From Paragordius varius (taxonomy: Eukaryota > Animalia > Nematomorpha), in assembly GCA_964247055.1 (NCBI GenBank), contig OZ176056.1, positions 4,154,001 through 4,218,000 on the forward strand: 64,000 nucleotides of DNA. Direction: 5' to 3'. The position numbers and the translations under genes were made by a program. Numbering within the stretch: position 1 is the stretch's first letter; every line of letters starts with the position of its first letter. Under the pieces are notes generated by a model. It saw only the letters and a list, made by a program, of their open reading frames with translations. It was not told where the DNA came from and did not search any database. Of this stretch, positions 1 through 13,300 are shown in pieces.

Positions 1-1
1 A

Positions 2-300
2 AACAAAATTTATATTTTAGAAATGATATAATGTAATATCAGCAAAATTAATAATAAATTTATTAATAAATTTTCGTTAGATTCCTCTAACTTCTTCGAA
101 TCAACATAAAAATAAAATTAAAATAAAGATACAAAATAAAATTATAAAATATTGTATGAAAATAGAGATTGCTGTATCTTTATTTTAATTTTATTTTTAT
201 GTTGATCCGAAAAAGTTAGAGGAATCTAACGGAAATTTATTGATAAATTTATTTTAATTTTGCTGATATTACATCATATCATTCTAAAATTTATATTGTT
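2..300. repeat. Foldback/MITE-like inverted repeat (arms ~2-133 and ~173-300)
   Basis: Left arm ...ttttcgttagattcctctaacttcttcgaatcaacataaaaataaaattaaaataaagataca is the reverse complement, with a few mismatches, of tgtatctttattttaattttatttttatgttgatccgaaaaagttagaggaatctaacggaaa...; ~40 nt spacer. Confidence 0.8.
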
Positions 301-756
301 TATTGTATAAATCTCAAAAATTAAATATAGATATACAGTAAAAATTGTAAGAGGGCTAAGAGTGTGTGTGATTAAAATTAAATATATACTTTATTGCTAA
401 CAAGAAAATTTATATGAATCATAAAATTATATTAGACGGTAAAAATTGATGATTTGCAATAATTAATAAATATAAAACTACAAGAGTAAAAATAGTTTTA
501 CAATAAAAATTTATATATCTTTATTCTTTCAGTATTGTAAAATTTCAATTGAATCTGTTACCAACAATACAACGTGTTCCCTATTTCGCAACAAACACAC
601 CTAAAACAATAGCTCAAAAAACATGGTAGTTTAAAAAATATGGCATTTAATAAATAATTTGTAGCTTTTTACTTTTTATCTCTATATTTTTTTATTGTAA
701 AACTTAAATTTTTTAATTATTTTATCAAAAGTTCCAAAAAATCGATATAATAAAAC

Positions 757-3700
757 CTGATATTTATCAGCAACCATATGTCTTAAACGCTGGTAATAAA
801 TAATACCCATAAATATATCGACTTTAAGCATGCGTCCGTCCACGCCTGAAAACATCATCTCAGTCCCATAATAATTGTAACCAGCTAAAAAAATAAATTT
901 TAATTTTTTATATTTTGATAAAAAAAATTAATATACGAACGTAAAAATATATATAAATATATTTTTTAAAAGACAACTATACCTGTTTAAATCTCGAATT
1001 TTTAAAATATTAACGGTTTAAAATTAGTTATAGATAATAGAATTTATATGAGAAAAATTAGATTTTACAAAGTATAATTGTCTTTTCAGAATAAAATATT
1101 TGTCCTTATATTTTTACGTTTTGTCCGTATAATTTTATATTTTTAATAAAATTCACATTTGATTCATATATATTAAGCGATATCAGATTTGTTGTAACAT
1201 TTTGAATTTAATATAAATCATAGTTTACTCATTAGAAAAAATATTAAATTAGTATATTTAAACCCTTCGAAATGTAAAAATACCTTTTTAACCCAACCTA
1301 ACACCAGTTTTTGATATATTAAAACTATAAATATTTAAAATCGTTAATATTTCATTTATATGCTCAAAGCAAATTTAGATTAAGTAATATAAATTTTCTA
1401 AAGGAAATTTTAAGCATACACAATACTTTAAGAGGTTATATATGCCTCTAAAACGATTGATACACTTTAATTTATTTAATAAAAATAAGGAAGTATTAAG
1501 TTTGACACAAGAAAACAAGCAAATAACGTTATAAATCAATTAAATTATATTCTGTTTTCCCTGATAAAAAAACTGCAAAAACATTTACCATTAGCAAGTA
1601 ATCGTGAAAAATAATGAGAAGCTTGATGTTTTTCGCTAAATTTAAACGGGGTGGCATCATAAAATTCACCATGCATTGAAGCTGATTTCCCAGCCATACA
1701 TTCAATAATCATACCTATAATAATATTTAGCCAAAAAATTATACTCTAAAATGAATTATATTTTAGGCATATACATTAAAAAATAAAATTTTACATGTTA
1801 AACGTAAAAAAAGGCAAATATTTTATCAAAAACAACTAATTTCAAAATTATGATTAAATTATAACTTATCCTGGCTTGCAAAACAAAAAATAAAAACATG
1901 TGTTAATTAATAGTTAGGGTGGTAAAAATTAAGGTTTAAATCATGATTGGTTTTTTATAAATAATTTTTTGTCTTATAGTTTGCGTTTTATCGGTAAATT
2001 TTTATTTTTTTCTGTATAATTCAAAATCTACCTTACAATAAATATAAAATAATCATTGAAACTGATTTTCATGGGTGTTCTATGTCTATATAGTAACAAG
2101 TTACAGTAAGGTGTAAACAATTTTTTTTTGAATTATCTCACCAATAAAATATTCTATGTTATTTATATAATTAGATAAACAATTAAATAAAACTCAAACT
2201 AACTTTAACATTTTTAAAATATAGAAAGCAAAAAATTCGATTAAATGTATATAATAAAAAAATCACAAATTTACCCAAAATATAAAATATTTTACCTATT
2301 GTCATACGTGAAGGGAAACCATGGGGATTGAATATAATGTCTGGGACTAGGCCACTCTCCGTGAATGGTAAATCAGCGTGTGGAATCAAATAACTACAAA
2401 TCCCTTTTTGTCCTTGCCTACTGGCAAATTTGTCACCTATACTGGGGTCTCTCTATTTTAAAATTAGAAAAAACAATATATAAATTGACTCAAAAATCTT
2501 AAATTACGAAAAAAGAATATTTAAAATTAAAAAAAAAGATATAACTATATTTAAATTTTGTACTGTAAAAGTTTAAATTATATTTAACTTAAAGGATAAA
2601 AACATATGAAATGTAATAATTTTTATATAAAAAATGAATTAATAATAAATTGTATAGTAAATCTAAAGATAAATATATATAAAGCATAATAAATATCTCT
2701 AAAATCCAAAATATGACTAATTTAAATTTAAGGCAGTAAAAATTAAAATAAAATATAACTAAAAGGACAAAAAAGTACAATGTAAAAAAACCAAATAATA
2801 CTTCAAAGGCAAAAATTTTATGGTTAAGACATTCGTTGGGACTAATGGATGTTTTTTGTATAAAGACATATTTTAAAACGGTTTTATAATATAACCGCAT
2901 GGGTTGTGAAAATGTAATATACAATTTATATAAGTATTCATAGGCAATATTTGGAAAACAGAAATTTCAAAATATATGTGTTTCTTTCTATAAAATAAAT
3001 ATGCCCTACTTTTTACTTATTTTTTATCAAATAAATAATTTCTACTTTGAACACAAAAAATATATAATATATATTTTTTTGAAAAAAATCCTCAAATTTT
3101 AACTTAAATAAAAACTAACCCGCATCCGTAAAAAAATGACGGCTTTTTTAACCCCAAAATCCAGGAATGTCGCATTTGATTTGCTAGACAAAGTTTCATT
3201 CTTCATAGTAGTGTGTCCCAAAACTCCAATATCTGATGCATTCACATCTAATATTTCATGTGGATTAATTTTGGATTTCAAGTTTATTTTAACAAAAATT
3301 ACTAAAAACTTTAAATAACTACCCTTAGATTTAATTTAAAAAAGTCAAATTTATAAATATAAACGGGTTAAGTATGTAATTTTACCACTATGGCCCATTA
3401 CAAAAACTTTATCGACTGTAAATGATTCCGAGCCCTTGTACCTTATAATTTTACATTTGCCTGTAACTCTATTCATGTAAGCGTAATATGCTGTGTCCTT
3501 GTAAAAAAATATTTAAAAAATAAAAAAAATAAATTTAACAATTAAATATAATAAAATTATATTACAATGCTAAAAGTGAAATGAAAAAAACTATTTTTTG
3601 ATATGGAAAGAACCACTTTTTACCCAGATTTCGTATATTAGTTAGAAAATATATAATGCGTTACTAATTTACAATTTTAATTTATATTTCATCAAAACGA

Positions 3701-6700
3701 TAGCAAGAATCTTATAAAACCAACTATTTATATATATATATATATATAATTATACTCTTTATATTTAATATTTTAATTTCTAATTTAAAATTTTTTATTA
3801 TAAAACATTTTTACTAAATTATGAAATCGAAGTAAAAAAACAGGCAAAAACATACTTGATTTATAATTGCACCAACGTAGGGTAATCCATCACTATCTAG
3901 AGCAATATTTTGTGGATGCTTTTTCTCATAAAACGTTAAATTAACGCAAGTTTCAACATCAAACCCAAAACAAAACAGGGAAAGTTTATCTTTAGGCTAA
4001 CAATTTTGATTGACAAAAATTTATAAAAATTAATACCATTTACAATTCAAATTCTCCCTCAAACAATTCAAATTCAGCATAAAAATTAATTAGTGTTTTT
4101 GAGCTAATATAACTGATCATTAATATGAAATATATTCTTATGGCATAGTTTATTATTTTTTTCAGTATTATTTAATTTTGTACAAAACTTGATTTTTTTA
4201 AAAATATATAAAAAATATAGGTAATTTGCTTTTAACAACCACATAATTTATTTAAGGGTGAATTTGAATTGTTCAAGGGTAAAAATCTGTAAATGATTTT
4301 ATATTTATATATATATGTATTTAATATCAAATAATTTTATTAATTATAACTTTTTTACAAAAAATTATCAAATATAAAATTATTAAAATTTCACCTTTAA
4401 AACAATGTTAGTTACGGAAAGAGATGTATCCCCATCAAAGTTTGAAGCAATAGGTTTTGGTTTAAAAAGAGGATCTGATACTACGTCCTGTATGTCCAAT
4501 ATTTCGGATTTATATAAATATCCTAATGAAAAAATATAGTTAAAATCAAACATTATATTTAAAAAAATATATGGAAAAAAACCTTAAAATTTATGTAAAA
4601 CGATATACAGTCAAGTATAAAATTATTAATTTCGATCAGTTAAACAAAGATAAAATTGGCTTACAGTAGCAAAAATTTTATAGAAAAAAAAGCAAATATA
4701 GGACCTTTTAAGTTAATAATATTCATTCTTACCTGTATTATTCGTATTAAAAACCTATTTTTTCTTATAAGCTATATACTAATATTAAAAATATAATAAT
4801 TTTTAAAAATTCACAAATTTATTCAAACCTTGAGCAAATCCACGTTCGGCGCTTTGCTTATTTATTACCATAGCATCTTCCATATCGTAACCCTAGAGAC
4901 ATATAAAAGTAAAAAATAGAAATAAAATATTTTTAAATTTTCTTTTTTTTAATTTCCATAAACTTTTTTTAATTAAATAAATTTTTTAGGCCATAAATCA
5001 GAAACCGTGTAAGATATAACAGCAACGATTGCATTCGTGCCTGAGGGATAATCTTTTAAATGACATAAACGTTCATTCGATATGGGTTTCACCAAACTCT
5101 TCTGGGGCGTTTGAAGTCTGTAAGCCTATAAAAATTTAGTATAAATTAAGAAAGTTAAAATATACCATTTACAATTCAAATTCACCCTTGAACAATTCAA
5201 AATATTCGAACAATTCAAATTCACCCTTGAAACAATTTATATTCACCTTAAATTAAATTATGTGTTTTCGGGCTAATATAACTAATATGGAATATATTTT
5301 TATGAGATATTTTATTGTTTTCAGCATTACATTAAATTTAAACAGAATAATAGTTTAAAAATTTTATAAAATAAAGGTAATTTTTATCGTAAAAACACAT
5401 AATTTATTTAAGGGCGAATTACTTTAAATGGTATAAAAAACGATTTTGACATAAAAGATTTTTTCCACAACTGATTATATATATTTACAAATGTTGAAAT
5501 AAAAAATAAAGTGAAACATTTTAAATCTCTATTCTTTTCGCAGCCCAAAACCATAGTTTATATAAAAAAACTAATCTATAAAAAACATTTAAATATTAAT
5601 TTTTTTAAATGAAAAAAAAAGTATTTATAAAATAAATTATGAGGAAAAAATACTTTATTTTCAGCTTTGAATGGTAAAGTGTAATGGGTACTACCAAGTG
5701 TTTGTTTACACATTTGACATTGATACATATTACGCGGACTCTATTATTATTTATATAGATAAAATATTAAAATTCTTACATCTTTTATTAACCATAAATT
5801 ATATTAATATATTTTAAGGTAATTAAAGATTAAAAAATAAATCAAAATAAAGTAAAAACACATAGGCGTGAAAATATTTAAAATTAGGATCTAGCCTTAA
5901 AAACCATAAATTCAAAATGTTTAAATATTAATAATTTGTTAACAAAACAAAAATTTTAAGTTCCTAAACAAAAATTTAACCGCTAAAATTCATTTTTATT
6001 CAACTAAAATTAAAATAAACTAATTAGCCAATTTATACCTGATTGAATTCGGAAAATGGTACTAAACCAGCAGTGATTGATAAAAAAGTATCTGGTCGTA
6101 TTTCCATATGCCATGTTTCACCCTAAATTACAAACGGCAAAAAATATTTATAAAAAAAACTTAAAATTTTTTAAACGCATCTTCAAAAAAACTGTACTTT
6201 TTATTATCGAAAATAATATATTTATCAAAAACTTAGGAATTTTAAAAAATATACTTAAAAAACTACTTTTTATCAAAAAAAGTACCTTTATAATATCTGT
6301 TTGCTCTATGGGTATATGTAAGTACATTTGTTCTAAACTACCTATCCATTCTATAGCATATGTCTGTTTTTCAACCGAATTTTTAGTTTCATTGTCCAAA
6401 TAATTATTTGTCTCAGAGCCACAGGTTGGCAAAAGATTGTATACGGGTCGAGTGAGTCGACCCAATCGGCTAAAACAATGGATAGCTGGGTAAGCGCTTT
6501 CACATTTAATGTTAGGGTTAGGGTTAGGTCCATTTTTAGCTGGGCAATTAAATAAAGAAGAATTTTGCCGTGTTGAGGTAGTATGGTTTCGATTTTTAGG
6601 TAACAAAACAATTTCCATATCACTCGGGATAATCTATAATATAAAACAAGCACATATATAAAATGGGTTTATAGAAAATATAAAAAGTATTTGGCCTTAT

Positions 6701-9700
6701 TTCTAATCATTTTATAAAAATTTATAACAGGCGGGTGTCTCCAACATGTAAATATATTTGCGGCTGATTTGATAATTTTTGGGTTTTTTTTATTTATTTT
6801 GAGCAAATTTTGGATGATATATTTTTAAATAATAATAGTTTTCAATTTTTTTAAATTTTTTTGTTAGGTCACTTTCGCATACCAAAAAAGTGTGTTTTAG
6901 TAATTATGCAAACTTTAAAATCCCAAAATCTATTTAACCATATAATAATTTTTTACAAAAAAAGTATAAACTTAACTTACTTTACACGGACTAGATTCTG
7001 GCACGGTTTTTAATTTACGGATTTCTTCACAAACTGATTTGGCTATTGGTTCAGGGACCCAAGCAATTTGACGCCCATCCAAAAATAGCGGATAATAAAA
7101 CAACTAATAAAAAACAAAACATTATTTGCCATATTTAGTATTAAGTTATATTTATTTTGCAATATAATTTTTGTCATTAAATTTAACTATCGTACAAAAA
7201 ATATATATTATGTATTTTTCATAAAATTAAAAACCAAAATTTAAAAAATATATACAGATATACATAAATGTTGTCCAATAAAAATGGCAAATCGCTTAGT
7301 ATTCAGAGATTTTTTTTATAAAATAATGCTTCAATACAGGGGAGCTATGCACGACCGCGGAGCGGTTCTCCAAAATATTTGTGTTGCCCACGAGAAATTT
7401 AATCACAAAATTTTATGAAATCTAAATTAAAGGCTTATTAAACTTCCTAAATCAATCTTTCCAAATTTTGGCTATAAACTGAAAAAAATGTTAAAATAAA
7501 TAGTAACTTTTACAGTTTCTTATATTTAAAATCTAATAAAATATTTGTCACATTCATATATTGTAAGAATGCGGCCCGTATATTTTTTGACCCGAAAATG
7601 GGACCCCGGTGAAGCCAATTGTATTGAATTGAACATCCTGGCTTTAATACAACCCACATATTAATAAACTCAAATATAAAAAAATATAGACAATTATTTA
7701 AATTCAAATATACCAATATAAAACCGACTTACTTTATTGGACAATTTATCGGTGACCCTTAAACATTTATTGTTAATGGCTTTTATATCGGTTTGATTAA
7801 TTTGATCGGACTTTACAGGCGATGCAAAATTATCAGACCCCTGAGTTATATCAATTACTTTGGGTCGTATATGTAATTCCTTTTTATGTTTTCCCAATTT
7901 TTGCTTTTTCTTAACCTTAGTGGGTGAAAATTCCATCAAATTTTTATTCGTGTGAAAGATATGTAATGGTTCTTTCTTAACAAACAGCACTGATAGTAAG
8001 GCTTTTTCACATCGTTCATAATATTGTTCGGAACTGGGTTTGTATGTAAAAAAAAATAAAAAAAAATTAGAAAAAATTATCTGATACCATATATGATTTT
8101 TCTAAGTTTGATTCCTGTTTTTTTTAAAAAAGGTATTGACATTTATAAAAAATCTAATTTTCGTTACAATGTAAAAAATATTCCTAAATTGTTAACTCAT
8201 TAAAATATATTAATATTTGAAATATAAGCATAAAACGCAAAAATATAAAGACAAATATTTTTTTAAAAAAACCCGATGTACTTTTTAATGATATTTGATA
8301 TGTAACTGGTGTTTACGGTCGCATAGTATAAAATAGAAATGTAAATTGCTTACAAAATCAATTATATATTTTACAATCGCAATTAAATATAAATATATAA
8401 TAAGAATTAAAGATATATAAAATATTGTTGTTTTTTTACTAGATATTCTTTAATAACTTTACACCAACCTTCAATATTATAAATATGTAATGGTAATAAC
8501 GGATTGGTTATGTTTTGTAATAACAGTTGTTAAAATCCGTAATGAAACGATAAAGGATAATTAAATAGAATTAAATGAATTTATAAATAGAAATTAGTGT
8601 CGTACTGATGAGTGCTAACAAGCACGTAGTCTGCGATTACTATTGACGAAGGGTTTCACATATCGTTTATAATTTCTATTTATAAATTCATTTAATTCTA
8701 TTTAATTATCTTTTATCGTTATATTACGGATTTTAACAACTGTTATTATAAATATGTATTTAGGCTAAACTCAATTTATAATAACTTTTACTAATAAATG
8801 CCATAAATAAAATTTAAAATATTAAATCAAAAAATAACTAATAATTTATCTTCATTATAATTTTACCTTAAATCCTTAGGTTGTTTGCTTAGTGCATTGA
8901 TATCAGATTCAAATTTAACCTTTTTCCTTACAAAACTATAATTATTGTTTCCAATATTATCATTTAGATGTGAGCTATATTCATTACAAGCTATTGAAAC
9001 ATCAGAAATGTATGAGAGTTGAGATACAACCTAAATACGTATATAAAAAATATAATTTAAATATTAAAATAAAGTTTTATTATTCACAAAATACACCATT
9101 TACAGTTTAAATTCATCCTTGAACAATTCAAATTCACCCTAAAAATATTTTCGAACTAATATAACTCATTATTAATATAAAATATATCTTTATGGCATAG
9201 TATATTATTTTTTCAGTATTATTTTAATTTAAAACAAAATTTTATTTTTTTGGAAATATATAAAAATATAAGTAATTTTTAATCTAACATATGAGGGAAT
9301 TGTTCGAGGGTGAATTTAAATTGTAAATGGTATATGTTTATAACCAATGTAGATTATATTGTTTAAGAAAATTTTCTATTAATCAAATGTTAAAAAAATA
9401 ATTTTATTTCTTTTAGAAAAAAAAAGATTTATGATGCAAATAATGATCCATGTATTCCTAAAATTTCACTGTACACAAAATTGGATATGATATAACATTG
9501 AATTTAATATTATTTTATTTTACAAAACTTTTGTCCATTTTATTTATTAAATACGTATATATGAATATAATCCTAACTGCTTAACACAAATAACCAAATA
9601 TAGCTATATTATTGAAATTAAACTTATCTTAAAATATGTAATAAATAGCTTTAAAATTTAAATAAGAACATTAAAAATCGTCCAAAAGTTAATAAAAAGC

Positions 9701-10305
9701 CAAAAATCGCATTTTTTTCATGGCTCCATCAAGGTGTGGACAGCTCATAAAACATCTAAGATGCAATTTATACCCCCCAAAAAAATGATTAACAACAATA
9801 ATGGTTTTTGTTTTCAGTAAAAAAGCATAAAAGTATTCAGCAACCACAAACACTTAAGATTCAATTTTTACTACAAACTCAACTGAAACCCTCCCCCCCC
9901 CAAAAAAAAATCGCAAAAAAATCCAAAAATACATTTTAATTTTAAAAAAAAATTGTCAAAAAAGTAGTATACCATTTACAATTCAAATTCACCCTTAAAC
10001 AATTCCAATTCACTTTTAAACAATTCAAATTCACCCTTAAACAATTCAAATTCACCCCTAACTAAAATATATGTTTTTTAAGATTCAAAATTACCAATAT
10101 TTTTATATATTTTTTAAAAATAAAAATTTTGTGGATAAATTAAAATAATACTGAGAAAATAATAAACTATACCATTAAGATGTATTTCATACTAATAATA
10201 ATAAGTTATATTAGTTCGAAAACACATAATTTATTTTTAGGGTGAATTTCAATTGTTCACAAAGGTGAATTTGAATTGTTCATGGGTGAATTTGAACTGT
10301 AAATG

Positions 10306-10349
<44 letters not shown>

Positions 10350-13300
10350 TTTAGCATCTCGCGTTAAATGATTGAGTAATCCACAGGGTGCCCCATCAGG
10401 CGTATGGACAGCACATAAAAAGCCCCAGGCATCAGGCGTAAGTTTTCGCACAGAACTTATGCGCGTTTTTGACATGTGGGAACCCCGATGTACTGAACGG
10501 AAATGACTCAGGTAACGATTATAATTAATTTTTTCGGCCATTATTGTGTACCCTGAAGCCTAATATATATATATATATATATATGTATAATTTAATTTTT
10601 TGATATAATTTTAATTATATTTAATTATTTAATTAAATTTTTATTGTTCCAATGATGTTTTTAGTGTTTATATGTAAAATATGTATTCACAAAATAATTT
10701 TTAACCAAAATGGTTTAAATATTGATTATAATTAATTTTTTCGGCCATAATCGTGTACCCTGAAGCCTAATATACATATATATGTTCAAACAAATGTAAA
10801 TAATAATATAAATTTTTTGTATTTATTAAAATTTTAATTTTGTTTAGATAGTTAAAATTTCATATTTGTTGCAATGATGTTTTAGTGTAATATATATGTA
10901 AAATATAGATGCAAAATTTGTAAAATATTATTTAATAAACCAAAATGGTTAAAATATCAATTATAATTAATATTTTCGGCCATTATTGTATACCCTGATG
11001 CATATGTTATTATAAATAATTAAAAAATTTGTAATATTTATTAAAATAATATGTTTATTCGGGAATTTATTAGCAGTTAGAAATAGGATTGTTTTTGGAT
11101 TTTACTGTGAAAGTATGGTTTAAATATTGATTATAATTAATTTTTTCGGATGGAAATGATAAAAATAAGAAAAAAATGGTTTAAATATCGATTATAATTA
11201 ATTATTCGGCCATTATCGTATACCATGATGTTTGAAAGGATTCGTATAAAATAAAAAAAGGTTATATTAATATAATTTAGTTTTATATAAGGTAAAAACA
11301 TTGTTTACAATTTATTTTCGGGTAATATTTGTGATGTTTAAAAGTAAAATAAAAATATTCAAAATTCTTTAGCTAACTTACATATAAAATCAATAACGTC
11401 ATATTCAAACGGATATTTTCTTAATTTTGTTTCTATTTGCCTTAAATTATCTCTTAACAAACCATAATTTATAATTATCAGCAAAAGGTGTGAATCAATC
11501 CAATATTAATTTGGCAAAACATATTAATGAAAAAATCAAAAATAATTTAAATAATAAAAACCCATTTCAACTAATTTTTAAAGCAGGGGTGTCCAAAACA
11601 TAAAATTTACAAAAAATATCATAATAAAAATATTTTATTAGATTCGAAACACAAGACTGCTAAAAATATTTTAACAATTTTTGCTAGTTCATTGTTAGAA
11701 TTAGAAAAGATATATTCATAAAATTTGTAATGATAATTTTTTTTTACTTAATTTGTAAATTTTTGTATTGGAGATTCCAGAAATACTCTAGAGGGCCGCG
11801 TTAATAGATAACCCTATTTTAAAGTCATAAAAAAATAAATAATGGGCTAAAACCAGAATGTTTAACTCAAAAAATTTAACAAAAACATGCCTGAAAAAAG
11901 TAAACAAAAACCCATATTTTCGAAGGTATCATATAAAAATTCTTTTAAAATTTATATAGTAATGTTATTTAAACTTGTTGAATAGAGCTAGCCTCTTTAC
12001 ACACCAAATTGCCAGTAGCAAAAAAGTATTCAATGCTCCGTGTAAGGTTAGGGATAGCTGATAAACTAAGGTTCATGTAATCCGTGGTAAAAATATCCAT
12101 ATAAACTTGTGAATTATTTGCAATAATTGCATTGTTAAGAGAGTTTGATTTGATTGGTGTGGTTTGGGGTTTAATATCCACATCATTTTCCTATATGACA
12201 AAAAATATAAAAAAAAGTATTAAAAATCAAACAAATATATATATATATATATATATGAAAACGTTAAAAAATTTAATCTTTTTAAAGCATTTTACTAGAA
12301 AACTTAAAGTTTGATACTTTAATTTTATAAAATAATGCAAAATTTTATATACTTACCCAATTAAAACCACCATACTTATATATGTTTTACCAAAAAAATA
12401 ATCATACACAAAAGTGGTATCAAATAATTTGAGGCAATTTAAGCAATAAATATCCAAAAAAAATCAAAATTCAAAGTGAAAAAAATACTTGTTTAATTTC
12501 AGTCTTTATTTGGTTTGGAGTCTTTTCTTGTTTTATAGTAGTTGATTGTATGATAGTTGAAGTATTATTTTCTGTTTTAACCTCTTTTACTATATTACTT
12601 TGTCTCCCTTTATGAGCGGTAGGCCGTTTTTGTAAATTATGTATGTTTGGTAATTTTTTCAAAATGTTCATTTTAAGCCTATAATATATCGTATATAAAA
12701 GCTAAATCACTCCTATATGTAATTTGTTTAAAATATATCATTTGCAATTCTAATTCACCCTGAACTAAAATATATGTTTTTAAGATTAGAAATTACCTAT
12801 ATTTTTATATATTGTAACAAAATAAAATTAGTTTTAAATTAAAATAATTCTGAAAAATAATAAACTATGCCATAAAGATGTAATGAGTTATATTAGTTCG
12901 AAAACACATAATTTATTTTTAGGTTGAATTTGAATTGTTTAAGGGTAAATTTGAACTGTAAATGGTATATATATTATATTATGACAAAAGCGGTCCGTAT
13001 ATAAATTCCATTAACTAAAAAGCCCCAAGATTTATAAAAATTTATATCGCTTATATATAAGAATAGACAGGTAAATGGGTAATACACTCAATTATGTATT
13101 CGCAATCCTAAATACAAGGGTTATATATAGAGAATGAATTAACAATTTAAAAAAAAAGATTGTTTCTATGGTCTTTGGTTCTGAGATTTGGTCTTTTTAG
13201 AATTTTATTGAAAACCTAACTTGTTAAAATAATATACAAAAATTATATTGTACCGAGATTTCAAAAAAATTAATAAGGTTATTAAATTTATTTTTTTATT

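Noticed and set aside
541-600. Candidate next POLR1B exon after ttttag|GTG
   Set aside because: No frame resembles the expected VR(S/T)TG...QP..GR...GG.RFGEMERD; remaining exons are presumably outside the window.
2589-2924. Hydrophobic Phe/Ile/Tyr-rich ORFs of 60-110 aa (also 20994-21275, 42608-42850, 57693-57941, 59415-59630 and similar)
   Set aside because: Composition expected from very AT-rich non-coding DNA; no motifs; several lie in introns or repeat arms; not conserved between duplicated segments.
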